Assembly (NCBI RefSeq): GCF_009914755.1
Contig: NC_060940.1
DNA: 64,000 nt
DNA from: the human T2T-CHM13v2.0 reference genome, Homo sapiens
Strand: one strand, 5' to 3'
How positions within the stretch are numbered: position 1 is the first letter of the stretch; each line of letters opens with the position of its first letter. Below the pieces are notes generated by a model, which was not told the origin of the DNA, made no database searches, and saw only the letters and a list, made by a program, of their open reading frames with translations. The translations under genes and the position numbers were made by a program. Shown here in pieces: positions 1 to 15,652 of this stretch.

Positions 1-744
1 ATGCCTGTTACATGGCATCTAACTCATGGGGGTGTTGTAAGCAAAGTAAATTATGTGGAATTTAGAAGATAATTAATGATATGAAGAAAAATAAAACCTG
101 GAAGGATGATGAGGAACGCCTGACAGGGGGATGGGATAAAATAAGAGGATTTATGCAAAACGAGCAGCTCAGTACCTAGAAGGCAGGAGCCCCTCACGCA
201 TCACCACCCTGGCCTCATCTCCTAGGGGAGAAAGATCTCCACTCACCCTGCTCCAGCCACACTGGTGTCCCTGCCAGTCCTCCAATACAATGTCTGGGCC
301 TCTACACTTGTGGTTTCCCCTGTTAGGGAGGCTCTTCACCCAGGTGGACTCAGGGTTCACCCCTTAGCTCGTTCCAGTCTTTGCCCAAATGTCACTTCCA
401 CAGTTGGGCCTTTCCTGGCCACTTTGTTTAAATTTGTAAGTGCCCCATCCCCCTCTCAGGCGTTCCTCATCCTCCTTCCAGGCTTTATTTTCCTTCATAG
501 CATTAATTTTCTTCTAAACTCCACATAATTTACTTTGCTTACCTGGTGATAGGTGCTCAGTAAATATTTGTTGAATGAATAAAGAAAAGGCTGTTGATAT
601 TATTAGCATCGTTATTACTGTCAGAGTTTGCAGCCTTTGGCTATCTGCTGCCCAACTGTTATTAAATACTGATGGAGATGACTAACATTCATTTCACTAA
701 ATTTTAACATCTGTGGGTTTTAGTCCTAGCGCTTTGCTCTTCTC

Positions 745-1126
<382 letters not shown>

Positions 1127-1532
1127 TGATCAATTGATTACATTTACTATTAAGACCGTTTTCCATCTGCCTATTAGAAAAGCTCTTTTTGGTTGAACCA
1201 CACTCACTGAATATCTGAATGTCTTAATTTGAACTCATCATGTCCCTTTCAACTTTTCTTGGCAATTATTCCTTTTCTGGATGTTGTGTTTGCAAATAAT
1301 TCCTGGGATGTGTTTGACTCTTTTTTCTCCCAGGCCTAAATCAACAATCTAGTCTGGCATATATTATTTTGACATCTTTCACACTTGTCAACTGTTAGTC
1401 ACAAACTAAAACACTTGGGTTATTATCCCAAATGTCCTTCATTCATTTTCCTTCACTCTTGCACACAGTTGTTTCTTGACATAACATAGGCACTTTTATG
1501 ATGATACTCATTTACTGATAAAGCTGCTGCTG

Positions 1533-1826
1533 CTTTTTTTTTTTTTGACAGAGTCTTGCTCTCTTGCCCAGGCTGGGGTGCAGTGGTGCAATCTTGGCTC
1601 ACTGCAACCTCCGCCTCCTGAGTTCAAGTAATTCTCCTGCCTCAGCCTCCTGAGTAACTGGGATTACAGGCATGCACCACCACGGCCGGCTAATTTTTGT
1701 ATTTTTAGTAGAGACGAGGTTTCACCATTTTGGCCAAACTGGTCTCAAACGCCTGACCTCAGGTGATCCACCTACCTCGGCCTCCCAAAGTGCTGGGATT
1801 ACAGGCGTGAGCCACTGTGCCCGGCT
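1533..1826 (-). mobile_element. Alu (AluS-like)
   Basis: Full Alu with poly-T. Confidence 0.9.
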
Positions 1827-2479
1827 TAAAGCTTCTTTTTATAAAATAACATTAATTTCTTTCTGATTAGAAAAGAACAGGATTTAATTTCTAAAACATA
1901 GAACATACAGAAAAAATGAGTTAATTGAAATCATACATCATCTTACTTAGAGAAACATTCATATTTTGTTACGTATGGGATTAATATATACTTTTTAAAA
2001 ATAAAATTGTGATTATATTGTCTATAAAGTGTATCCAGTTCTTTCATTGAACATTTATGAAACATTTGTCATGACTTATGATTATATATTCTTCTAAAAA
2101 GTACTGATTGAGAGTAACGATATTGAGATTAGACTGCTGGAGAAATAATGTTCAACAGTCCGTCCACCCCTCTGAGGGTAGAGATTGTATCTTTACATCT
2201 GGCTGCAGATTCAGAGATGAGGTTGTATCCTGGGTCGCAGTAGAGGACTGAATGCTGAGCAAATGGACATTGAGGGCTCATAAGATGGTTCCCTGTGGCC
2301 AAGCTTGGCGGCAAGGGAGAGGAGCTGCCTGCGTGGAAATGGGCCAAACTGGCCAGGCCAGGAAATGAGACAGAGTCACAGGGGAACAACATACAGTGAT
2401 GGATAAAAATCCAGGGTGAAGTTTGAATCACTGCAAAGATAGGCAGTTAATGGCTCAGCATCCTCTCTATAGGACACCC

Positions 2480-2967
2480 ATAACCCTGTCATTTGCAACA
2501 ACATGGATGGAACTGGAAGTCATTACATTAAGGGAAGTAAGCCAGGCATAGAAAGCAAACATTGCACATTCTCGCTTACCTGTGGGAGCTAAACAGGAAA
2601 ACAAATGAACTCATGGAGACAGTAGAAGGACGGTTACCAGAGGCTGGAAAGTGTTGCAGGGAGTTGGAGGAGAAGTGGGGATGGTTAATGGGTACAAAAA
2701 AGTAGTAAGAGTGAATGAATAAGGCCTAGTATTTCCTAGCACAATAGGATGACTATCTTCAAAAATAATGTAACCATACACCTAAAATAACTACAATAGT
2801 ATAAATGGATTGTTTGTAACACAAAGGATAAATGTTTGAGGTGATGGACACCCCATTTACCCTGATGTGATTCTAACGCATTGCATGCCTGTATCAAAAT
2901 ATCTCATGTAACCCATAAATGTATATACCTACTATGTACCCACAAAAATTAAAAATAATTTAAAAAG
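2480..2967 (+). mobile_element. L1 3' end (L1MA/PB-like)
   Basis: ORF2 C-terminal 'cctgtcatttgcaacaacatggatggaactgga', 3'UTR and A-rich tail. Confidence 0.8.
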
Positions 2968-3017
2968 AACTTCAGAGAACAAACAACAAAAAGACCGGTA
3001 TGGCTGGAGCAGACTGA

Positions 3018-3400
<383 letters not shown>

Positions 3401-3475
3401 CAATCGTCAGGACTTTGGCTTGGACTGTGAGTGAGATAGGGAGTTGCAGGAAGCTTTTTCAAAAAACCACCTTTG

Positions 3476-3806
<331 letters not shown>

Positions 3807-4023
3807 TTATTATTACTATTTTTTGTAGTAAATTTACAGAGATCTGCAGTCATGACCACAATCCAAATTTAGAACAATTCTATGACTTCAAAGGGATGCC
3901 TTAGAGCCGTTCCCTGGAACCACTCCTCTGTTCTCTCTGTATCTACTGGAGGGTTCTAAGCAGAAAAGAAACAAAGTCTGACTTATATTATTATCACTAT
4001 TGCACCTTTTCTGTTAAAACATC

Positions 4024-4473
<450 letters not shown>

Positions 4474-4589
4474 TCAATGCACCCTGACCACTGGAAGCCA
4501 CTGTGTCAGCTGCTGGGTTCTGGCTCTGCCCACTCTTGGCTGCATTTGGGGCTGAAGTTCCCTGTGGGAGGCTGTTTTCTGAGGGAGCT

Positions 4590-4673
4590 GAGTGTTTACA
4601 GCCACTCAGCCCTGCTCTGCTCAGCTGAAGCAGAAAACAGAGACCTTTTGCATTACTTTGGTTCAAGAGCAAG
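4590..4673 (+). other. ACSM5: ACSM5 non-coding exon 1 (start approximate)
   Basis: Donor AAG|GTAATT at 4673/4674; unique sequence matching my recollection of the ACSM5 5'UTR; FOXA-like TGTTTAC at 4593-4599. Confidence 0.7.
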
Positions 4674-4871
4674 GTAATTTGGAAAGAAATTTTTCAGACG
4701 AAGGTATCAGCTGCCTCTGAGGCCTTTGCTGATTAAATCAAGAAGTGACATCTGAAATGGTGTCGGGGAATGGGAAGGAGGCCTGGGGATTCTAAATTAT
4801 CAGCTGTTTAGGTGGCTGAGGAATCCAGGGGTGGGAGACTGAGGAAAAGGACTGGGGCAGAGCTCAGTTCA

Positions 4872-4944
4872 GGAGAGGTGAGGGGCGGGAGAGGTGAGGG
4901 GCGGGAGAGGTGAGGGGCGGGAGAGGTGAGGGGCGGGAGAGGTG
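4872..4944 (+). repeat. 16-bp tandem repeat (GGAGAGGTGAGGGGCG) x4.5
   Basis: Four perfect units from 4872 plus a partial unit. Confidence 0.95.
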
Positions 4945-5456
4945 GGTCAGAGAAAGGAAGTCTCTGAGGCTGCAGGCCTAGGCCTGGTGGCCACTGCAGA
5001 GGCTGGGGCCTATGTTTTTCCAGGAAGTGAAACCTGAAAGTCACTTTTCCCCTTTAAGCCTCATTTTCTTTATCTTTAAATGGAGAAAATAACATTTACA
5101 GCATAGAGTTGTTATAAAGATTTCATGAAATAATGCCTCTAAGCACTCTTAAAATGCTTGGTACACAGTAGGCCTTCAATAGACTGAAGCTGTTATGGTT
5201 TTTCTTGTTGTGCCACGTTATTATTGTTGGTTGTTATTACCATATTTTGTTATTATTATTACTAAGAGGAATTTAATGCAAGGAAACTGAAACTGAGGTC
5301 ACACGCAGCTCCCGGGCCAGTGCCTCTCAAACTTTAACATGCATATGACTCATCTGAAGATCCCGTTAACTTGCAGATTCTAATTCTACATATGTAGGGT
5401 GGGGTCCCATCTGCTGGTCCCAAGATCACACTTTGAGTAGCAAGACACTAAAACTG

Positions 5457-5790
5457 GGCTGGGCACAGTGGCTCACATCTGTAATCCCAGCACTTGGGAG
5501 GCCGAGTTGGGAGGATCACTTGAGGCCAGGGGTTCAAGCCCTGCCTGGGCAACATAGTGAGATCCTGTTTCTACAAAAAAACTTTTTAAAAGTTAGCCAC
5601 ACATGGTGGCTAGTGCCTGTAGTCCCAGCTACTAGGAAGCCTGGGGTGGAAGGACTGCTTGAGTTTGAGGCTGCAGTGAGCTATGATGGCACCACCGTAC
5701 TCTAGCCTGGGCAGCAGAGTGAGACTCTGTCTCAAAAACAACAATAATAAAAATTTTAAAAATAATAAAATTAAATAAAAAAATTAAAAA
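5457..5790 (+). mobile_element. AluJ-like
   Basis: TSD aagacactaaaa on both sides. Confidence 0.85.
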
Positions 5791-5799
5791 GACACTAAA

Positions 5800-6138
5800 A
5801 GCCCATCATGCCATACAGCAGCCACTTGTGGCTTTTGAGCACTTGAAGTGTGGCTAGTCCAAATTGACATGTGTTTGTAAGGGTAAAGTCTATTTCAGAT
5901 TGTGAGGACTTAGTACCAAAAAAAACAAAAAATAAATAAAAGTATGTAAAATATCTCTTTAACAATTTATTCTTCTATTGACTAGGAATTGAAATGGTCA
6001 TACTTTGGCTCTATCTGGTTAAATAAAATGTTTTATTATAATAAATCTCACCTGCTTCTACTTTTCTTAATGGAAGTACTAGAACATTGTAAATTGCACA
6101 GGTGGCTCACGTTCTATTTCTGTTGGACAGTGCTGCCC
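5800..6138. mobile_element. hAT DNA transposon fragment (MER3/MER33-like)
   Basis: 'gagcacttgaagtgtggctagtcc' ... 'ttggacagtgctg' terminus. Confidence 0.6.
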
Positions 6139-6492
6139 TAGAGCTGTCTTCAGCTTTGCAAGGTCAGTTCAGGATTGGCCAAAGCCTTTTTGAGGGATTC
6201 CTTTTGAAGTATTGAGGTTTGAGAAGTGGGATCTGAGTTCTGACCTCAGACCCAGATACCCACAAGTCAGTGAGAGGTCAAAAGGACAGACCTCGGGGTC
6301 AGAGGAGAGAAATGACCATCACACAGCAGAACTGAGACTGAAGGTGGAGAGTTTATTCTACAAGTCAGTAAGGATCACAGTCACCATCAGCACTAACCAC
6401 AGGTTTCTCCTAACCTATGTGTTGTCCCCAAAGCCCAGAATTTATGACAATGCCCTCTTTCCTCTCTTTGGTGACAGACAGGAGGCGACTGC

Positions 6493-6696
6493 ATGAGACC
6501 ATGGCTGAGACACCTAGTCCTCCAGGCACTGAGGAACTCCAGGGCATTCTGTGGGTCTCATGGGAAGCCAGCACCTCTACCTGTTCCTCAGAAGATCGTG
6601 GCCACCTGGGAAGCCATCAGCCTGGGAAGGCAGCTGGTGCCTGAGTACTTCAACTTCGCCCATGATGTGCTGGATGTGTGGAGTCGGCTGGAAGAG
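6493..6696 (+). CDS. ACSM5: ACSM5 exon 2 coding part (MRPWLRHLV...SRLEE), mitochondrial presequence-like N-terminus
   Basis: ATG 6493; acceptor CAG at 6475-6477 (second CAG at 6479-6481); donor GAG|GTGAAG at 6696/6697; 68 codons. Confidence 0.95.
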
Positions 6697-7071
6697 GTGA
6701 AGCCTGTTCTGTCCTAGAGTCCATCTGGGGCATCTGAGGCTGCCCTCATGTACCACAATGAGACTCAAGGCTCCAAGCATGTTGATGAGGAAATTTGGAC
6801 CTGGGAATTTTGCTAGTTCTAAAATGTAAACTGTTGGCATTTGAGACTTAGGAAAAAATTCTGAGTCAGTGTTGTGAGCCTTAGACATGCTTGTTCCTTC
6901 TCTGAAGTGTCCTGCATTCTTGAGCCCAAATCACACAGTGAGACAGTTATGTCCCTTCCGATTCCCTTCCAGTTGTTCATCAACTGAAGGAGGAAGTTTT
7001 GTTTTGCTGCTACTCTGTCTTTGATGTTTTTCTCTCACTGTCACGCCCTTCTCTTCTAAATAAGGAAAGAA

Positions 7072-7413
<342 letters not shown>

Positions 7414-9165
7414 TCAGGCTCAAAGCTTTTTGCAGATCATAACAGATACATAGAATTGAATAAGATAACCCTGATTTCTTTGTGTGTCTCTGTGCATCTG
7501 CTTTCTTCTTTATTTTCCCTTATATCTGTGTCTGTTGGGTCTCTCTATTTCATGGTTACCTTTTATTTGTGTTACATGATACTAACTTTTCATTTATAAG
7601 AGGAAGACATACTTCTAAAACTGTATTTCAACCAATGTGAAGCTTAACCAATGAGAAAAGCCTTTTCCCTAGGGGTTTTTGTCCAAAACAATTACGGACA
7701 AATGTTTAACTTCATTGTTGCCTAAGGTGGTGGATAACAGTAGGCACAAACAATAGATTCACCAAAAAGTGAAAAAAGAAAAGCTGGAGAATACAAAACT
7801 GGAAATATAAAATTTAATTCAAAGAATTGTATTCATGTTAATTATAAGAAGAGATTGTTTAAAGAAAAAATATGAAGTAAATGGCATTGTTAGTAGATAC
7901 AATAAAATTAACTGTCAGCAGATGTAGTGAAACTTATGAAGGTGGTATGAGGATGACTGAGACTTAAAAGCAGGATTTGCAGTCAGATAGACATTGTTCA
8001 TCCGTGTACTTGAAGTGTGACCTTGGACAAGTGCCCTAAGTTCTTTAGATCTCAACTTTCTCATCTGTAAAATGGTAGTCAGACCATATGCTACTTAGAG
8101 TAATAGTGAGAATTAAATGAGAATTGCATGTAAGACATGAAGCCAGGATGCTCCATTCCTGATGGCCTGCAAAAATCTAAGTTCTTTTTGCAATACTAGG
8201 GGTATCCTTAGAAGACTTCTCCTAATGATAAAAACAAGCAAGCAGGATTAAGTCAGGAAAAAAAATGGTAGAATAAGGACTTTCCAGCTATGTGGTAGCC
8301 TTGAAAAATAACAGCCCCCATTTCTGGTGCATCACGGCAACCATTAGATGGGCCAGAATGGAGTTGGAGTTTTTTCAAAGCTTCACTTATGAAGAACTGT
8401 TGTTATTTGAGCTGCCCATTGGTTCTTTGGAAGACCCTACTTGTAAAACTGTATTTGAATCAACTTGAAGCTCAACCAATGAGAAAAGCCTTTTCCCTGG
8501 GGGTTTTTGTCCAAAACAATCACAGACAAATGTTTTAGCTTCATTGTTGCCTAAGGTGATGGATAACAGTGGGACAAACAATAGATTCACCAAAGAGTGA
8601 AAAAAGAAAAGCTGGAGAATCCAATGTCTATGGGAGCTTTAAAAAATTCTATTGTATTCCTGGAAATCTAGAAATCAACACACCTAAGTAAGGCTGTGTG
8701 CTTTCCTAGGGCTTTGCACACGCTTAGAAAAGATCTGAGGAAACTCTAAGCTCGCACTTCTGGCAGACTGAGAGTTGGAGCATGCAGGAAATTAACACTA
8801 AGGCAGGATTGTTAATTGCCTGGCTGAGTGCTAAAGGTGTGCCCCAACACCCACCCAAAGACTGGGAGATTTATTGGTTTCAGGCATTTAAAGATATTTC
8901 TGTCTAATCATAAGATGACTACTAAGCTAACCAAGTAGATATCTCAGTGGCCACACAGAACAAATAATGCAGACTTCACAGAAATGGTTCACAAAAATCA
9001 CTAAACAAATGACAACAAGCAGCAACAGCAAACCAAACTCTGGGGAGTTGTGGGGAATGGGTGGGGGTGGATCTGATTTCCTGAGTAATCACATGATGTA
9101 ATTTTAAATTTATAGTTTTCAACAAAAATTTACAAGATACGCAAAGAAACTAGAAAGAGCATGGC

Positions 9166-10930
9166 AATGGTTATCAAAATAATGCACCCCTTCCCCAAGA
9201 TTTTTATACCTTAATCCCTGAAACCTGTGAGTATGTTATCTTACATGGCAAGAGACTTTGCAAACATGATTATACTAAAGATATTCATATGAAGAGATTA
9301 TTCTGGATTATCTGGATGAGCCTAATATAATCATAAGGTACCCTATGAGAAGGCAGGAGGGTCAGAGTCAGAGAAGGAGATGTGACAATGAAAACAGAGG
9401 TGGGAGTGATGTGGGGCCACGATCCAAGGAATGTGAATTGCCTCTGAAAACTAGAAAATGCAAGGACACAGGTTCTCCACTAAAGCATCCAGTAGGAAAA
9501 CAATTCTTCTGACACCTTGATGTTAGTCCACTAAGACTGATTTTGAACTGTTTATCTCCAGAACTATAAGGCTGTATATTTGTGTTGTTTTATGCAATTA
9601 AGTTTGTGATAATTTATTACAGCAGCAATAGATGGGATTATTCAAAACCAATACAGATTTTGGCACCAAGAGTAGTAATGAGAGCTGTAATAAATACCAA
9701 AGGATGTGAAAGTAGGTTTGGAATTAGGTGATGGGTAGAGGCTGGAAGAATTTTGAGGAGCACGGAAAAAAGCCTAGATTGCCTTGAGCAGACTGTTAGT
9801 AGAAATGCAGATATTAATGATTTTGCTAGCGACACCTCAAAAAGAAAGGAGGAGTATGACAGATGAGACTGTATTGTTTTAAAGAATCATGAAGACTGTT
9901 AGTAGAAATATGAACATTAAAGGCACAGATGATAAAAACTCAGAAGGAAATGAAAAATGTAATATCAGAAACTGAAGGAAAGTGGATCCTTATTATATAG
10001 TGGCAGAAATTTTGGCTGAATGGTGTCCTAGAGCTAGATGGATAGAATAACTTATAAGGGATAAGCTTGGATATTTAGCTAAGGAGATTTCCCAGCCAAG
10101 TGTTGAAGATGTGGACTGATTTCTTCTTGCTGGTTATATTACAATGCTGAAGGAAAGAAATAGACAGAGGAAAGAATTGTTAAGCAAAAATAGAGCCAGA
10201 ACCTGGTGGTTTGAACAATTCTCAGCCTTCCTATATTATAAAAGACATTAAAGTTAGGATATTCACTGTCAGAAAAGTATGCTGCAAAGGGAAATCCAAG
10301 AGTGTGGTTGGACAATCTTTTGCTAGCAATTCGAGTATCAAAAAGTCACAGAGAGCTTTTTGAAGAGATTAGACAAAGTTCCTCAGTTCCTTCAGCCATG
10401 GAGGCAGAAACCAGCAATAGAGATGGGATTATCTGGAAAAGATCTGTGGAGGAGCCACTTCCCTAATGGGGTGAATCACTGAGACATACATGAGAGAACC
10501 ACTAGTTTCTTGAGAATGTTTTATCAGCAGAAATACTGCCATCTTGTACTGGACAGAGAGAGGAAAATATAGAAGAAGGCTGTTGGACTCCCCAAATTCT
10601 ACAGGCAGGAAACAGGTGGTTAAATCTACTTAGCTACAAACATGTGTTACCCTTCTTGTAAAAGAAGAGATGATTTAGGGCAGAGTTGTTAGTCAAGAAT
10701 GTGGAATTGGGAGCCCAGAGGGTGGAGCTGAGCAACTAGAAAGCAAAGCCACAATCACAGATGATTAAGGGCTTTGAAACCTAATAGAGTTTTCTCAGTT
10801 GGATTCAGAGTTGCTTGGGATTGGTGACTCATTGTTTTCCTTTTATTTTAATTCATTGTTTGAATGGATATGTCTCTGACTATTATGGTATCCCTACTTC
10901 ATCATTGTATTTTAAGAGCAGATAACTTAA
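9166..10930 (+). mobile_element. MLT1 (MaLR) LTR (~9166-9656) plus MLT1-internal sequence
   Basis: MLT1-like LTR motifs; internal start 'gattttggcacc'. Confidence 0.65.
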
Positions 10931-10939
10931 TACTCAATA

Positions 10940-12740
10940 CTCGAGTAAGGAGCAATAAAAAATGAAGTTAAGAAATGATTTCATTTACTAATAGCGTCAA
11001 AAAGAACGAAATACATATAAATAAATTTAACCAAAGAAGTATAAGGGTTGTACATGGAAAATGACAAAACATTACTGAAATAAACTGGAAAAGATGTAAA
11101 CAAATAGAAATACACCCCATGCTCATGGATTAAAAGAATTAATATTGTTAAGATGAAAATACACCCCAAATTGAGCTGCACATTTAATGCAAACTTTATC
11201 AAAATCCTAGGAGACTTGTTTACAGAAATAGACAACCTGATTCAAAAACTCGTATGGAAATGCAAGGGACCCACAGGGACCAAAACAGCCTTGAAAAAAA
11301 AAAAAAAGAAGACTCACACTTTTCTATTTCAAGTCTACTGCAAAGTTACAGTAACCAAGACAGTGTGGCACTAGCATAAGGATAGACTTGGATAAATAGG
11401 TATGAATTCAGAGTCTAGAAATAAATCCACAAATCTATCATCAATTGATTTTCAACAAGGGTACCAAGACAATTAAATGGGTGAAATAATTGTCTTTCCA
11501 ACTAATGATGCTGGCACAACTGTGTGTTCACATGCAAAAGAATTAATTGAGTCTCCTACCTGACCCTAAATACAAAAATTAACTCAAAATGTATCAAAGA
11601 CCTAAATGAAGAAACATAAAGTACAAGAAAATTTTTAGAAGAAAACATAGGAGTATATTTTTGTGACCTCTGATTGGGCAATGGTTTCTAAAGCAAAAGC
11701 AACAAAATAAAAAATAGATTAATTGGACTTCATGAAAATTAATAGTATTTATATATCAAAGTAAAAAGCTCACAGAATAGGAGAAAATATCTGAAAAATC
11801 ACATATTGGTTAAGGGTCTAGTATCTATCATGCATAAAGAACTCAAACTAGACAGTGAAAAAGACAAATAACCCAATTAAAGTATGGGCTAAGAATCTGA
11901 AGAGACATTTCTTCAAGGAATATAAACAAATGGCCAATAGACACATGAAAAGATGCTTAACATCTTTATTCATTAGGGAAATGCAAATCCTAGCCACAAG
12001 GAGATACCACTTCATAACCAGTGGCATGGCAAAAAAAAAAAAAAAAGGTACAATAACAAACGTTGGAGATGATGCAGAGAATTAGAACCCTCAGACATGG
12101 CTGGATGGAAATGTAAAATGGTGCAGTGCTGTGGAAAACAGTTTGGCAGTTCCTCCGAAAGTTAACATAGAGTTATTATAATACTGACCCAGGAATTGTA
12201 CTCCTAAGTAGATATCCAAGACAATAGAAAACATGTGCTCACAGAAAAACTTGTACATAAATCCTCATAGCAGTGTTATTTATAATAGCCAAAAAGTGGA
12301 ACCAACCCTAATGTCTATGAACTGGTGAATGGATAAACAAAATGTGGTCTATCCATACAGTGGAATATTATTCAGCCATCAAAATAATGTAATGCCAATT
12401 CATGCTATGACATAGATAAATCTTGAAAGCATTGTACAAAGTGAAAGAAACCAAACATAAAGCTACATATCATATGATTCCATTCATATGAAATATCCAG
12501 AAGATGCAAATCCATAGAGACAGAAAGCAGATAAGTGATAACCAGGAGCTGGAGGAGGAGGGAATGGGAAGGGACAGCTAATTTGCACAATGTTTCTTTT
12601 TAGGGCAATAAAAATGTTTTGGAATTAGAGAATGGTGATGGTTACACAACCTTGTGAACATACTAAGAACCAGTGAGTTGTGCACTTTAAAATGGTGATT
12701 TTTATGGTACCTGAATTATATTTCAATAAAAAAGGGAAAA
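10940..12740 (+). mobile_element. Old L1 (L1MB/MC-like) ORF2 3' portion and 3'UTR
   Basis: Degenerate ORF2 peptides (ORFs 11153, 11855); 3'UTR with aataaa. Confidence 0.8.
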
Positions 12741-13065
12741 ACAGAAAACAGTGTTAATCATGTGCTACCTTTTGCATTAAAAAGATAGTAGAAAAAAATA
12801 TATGCTTGTGTTTGCCTAAAGAAACTATGGAAGGATATGCAAAAAACTAATAAAATTGGTTACTTATGAGGCAGAGGAAGTGGAAAACAGGGCAGGTAGG
12901 TATAAGGAGGGGAGCAAGCCTTTTCAATGCATGTCTTTCCATATTGCTTTGCTTTTTGAACCCTGTGAATTTTATATTAACTATTATAAAACATTAAACA
13001 GCAACAAGCAAACAAAAATTCTCAATAAATTGCTTCTTTTTTTTTCTGCCTGTACCACCATCTAG

Positions 13066-13276
13066 GCTGGACACCGCCCCCCAAATCCTGCCTTCTGGTG
13101 GGTCAATGGCACAGGAGCAGAGATCAAGTGGAGCTTTGAGGAGCTGGGGAAGCAGTCCAGGAAGGCAGCCAATGTGCTGGGGGGTGCATGCGGCCTGCAG
13201 CCTGGGGACAGAATGATGCTGGTACTCCCACGGCTCCCGGAGTGGTGGCTGGTCAGTGTGGCTTGCATGCGGACAG
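13066..13276 (+). CDS. ACSM5: ACSM5 exon 3 ([12 protein letters not shown]...ACMRT)
   Basis: tctag| acceptor, G|gtcagt donor; 211 nt, same length and phase as ACSM2A exon 3. Confidence 0.95.
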
Positions 13277-14234
13277 GTCAGTAAGCAGGGCTGGGAATTT
13301 TAGTTGGGGGCAGACACAACTTGCCAGAGCTTTGCAGTGTCCACAGGGTCTTGAAGATGGAGCAAAAATAAACTGTATGTGGAGTTGTGTTTACTTCCTA
13401 TTTGCCTAACAATCACAGACTTGATTGTATAGTAGGGGCCAGACAATGATGTAATTGATAAAAGCAGGCCAGTGCAAGGCAGTAGGGAGTTGTGAGGACT
13501 GCGGCAAACTGGAGATCACATGCTTTATCAAATGGGGTCGCTGCTTCTCAACTCGAACCAAATGTTCCCACGACAGAATGAATACCAGTGTTATCAGAAC
13601 TTCTGATTTGTAATTGAAAACTCTGGATTTTTATGAAAAATCCCCCTGTCTTTTAATGTTGGCATCTATCATTTTAAAAAGTCCTGACTGGGACAAATCA
13701 AGCATATTTTCTGCTGGTTGTGGTTTGGGAGCCTTGCTTTAGTTGCTAGAATTTTACCCGAACGATGCAGTTATAGATGAGGGACCCTTATAACCAATCT
13801 ATGTTAGTTTCACTCTTAGACTTTATGATTCTCATTATCACAGCATCATCCAGCTCCCAAAGGAAGGAAGATAAAGATGAAATAAAAGAACCAGTGATAT
13901 TATCCCTTGCAGGAGGTTAGGGGGACAGGTCCTCCTGTTGTCATGAATGTCCAGGGCAGTGAAACATTATCTTCTTAGAATGGTTCCTTCAGCAGAGAAA
14001 CAGAGGAGGAAAGAGGCCACAGTGAGCCTAGCAAGCCTCCACTGATGCTGAGTGAATAAGTGATCATGCACTTATTCAGACGGCTAGGGTTTTTAGGCTG
14101 TTATTATTATTATTGTTACGTCTTCCAGCTCATGCATTCCAACCCTCCCCAGCCCCTTCCTGCCTTCATCTCTTACCTCTATACCCAAGGCCTTCCCCGC
14201 TATCCACTCAACATCCCCTTCTGTTTTATGCCAG

Positions 14235-14442
14235 GGACTGTGATGATTCCGGGTGTGACTCAGCTGACAGAGAAGGACCTCAAGTACCGGCTGCAGGCGT
14301 CCAGGGCCAAGTCCATTATCACCAGTGACTCCCTAGCTCCAAGGGTGGATGCCATCAGTGCCGAATGCCCCTCCCTCCAGACCAAGCTGCTGGTGTCAGA
14401 CAGCAGTCGGCCAGGCTGGTTGAACTTCAGGGAACTCCTCCG
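14235..14442 (+). CDS. ACSM5: ACSM5 exon 4 (GTVMIPG...FRELLR)
   Basis: ccag| acceptor, CG|gtgaat donor; 208 nt. Confidence 0.95.
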
Positions 14443-15325
14443 GTGAATTGGGGCTCTCCAGAACAGCAGAAAAATGAAGTCATTTCCCCTTTAAGCAACA
14501 AAAGATGAAATGCATTGCTGATTCCACACATAGAGAGCGAATCAGAGAGGAGCACTCCCATTGGCAGCCAGGCTGACCTGAGCATAATCCTGGTCCCTAC
14601 CTTAATGTTCAAGGTCCCTCATTCAGTCAGTGCTGGATTTGTCAGCAGCTTTTCTGTGCTTCATTTGCTTCTATAATGCGGTGGTAGTTATTAGAGCTAC
14701 CATTCAGAGTACATGAAATAACCAATATGGTGCATTTAGCACATAGCAGGTGGTCAGTTAATAATAAACTAGTGGCCATGTATTGGGTACTTAGTGTATC
14801 GCTAGATACTGTGCTATGTAAGCCTTCACCTTCATTCATTCATGCAGCGAAGATTTAATGAACATCTATTTCACGACAAGCATTGTGTTTGGTGTTCAGA
14901 ACACCATAATGGATCAAACATCACCTTATTTAATCCCTGAACAGGACATTGTGATGGGCCCTTTAACCCAGTTTTACAGATGAGGAAACTGAGACTTGGA
15001 AAACTAAAGTGACTTGCCCAAGGTGCTAAAAAGTAGTCAAGTCAGGAGTGGGCAGAGCCGAGAGCAGATGTGCCTTGGAGCAAGGGCCTGGTGGAAACCC
15101 ATCTCAGAATTTGAGACTTTGTCCTGATTGGAAGCCAGAACCCAAAAGGAGCCTCTCAGGGGCCTGAACCATTGAGTTATGAATGCTCACCCCACAGACC
15201 AGCTGCATCAGATTCACCTGGCTGCTGTTTTGAATACAGATGACAAGGCCTCACATCTGACCTACTTAACCAGACACAGCTGAGCAAGAGCCCTGGGGAT
15301 CTTTTTTAAAAAAATCAGCCCATAG

Positions 15326-15652
<327 letters not shown>

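Noticed and set aside
1-700. Possible promoter of a divergent upstream gene (PDILT, from recalled synteny)
   Set aside because: No exon or diagnostic motif visible in the window; cannot be supported from sequence.
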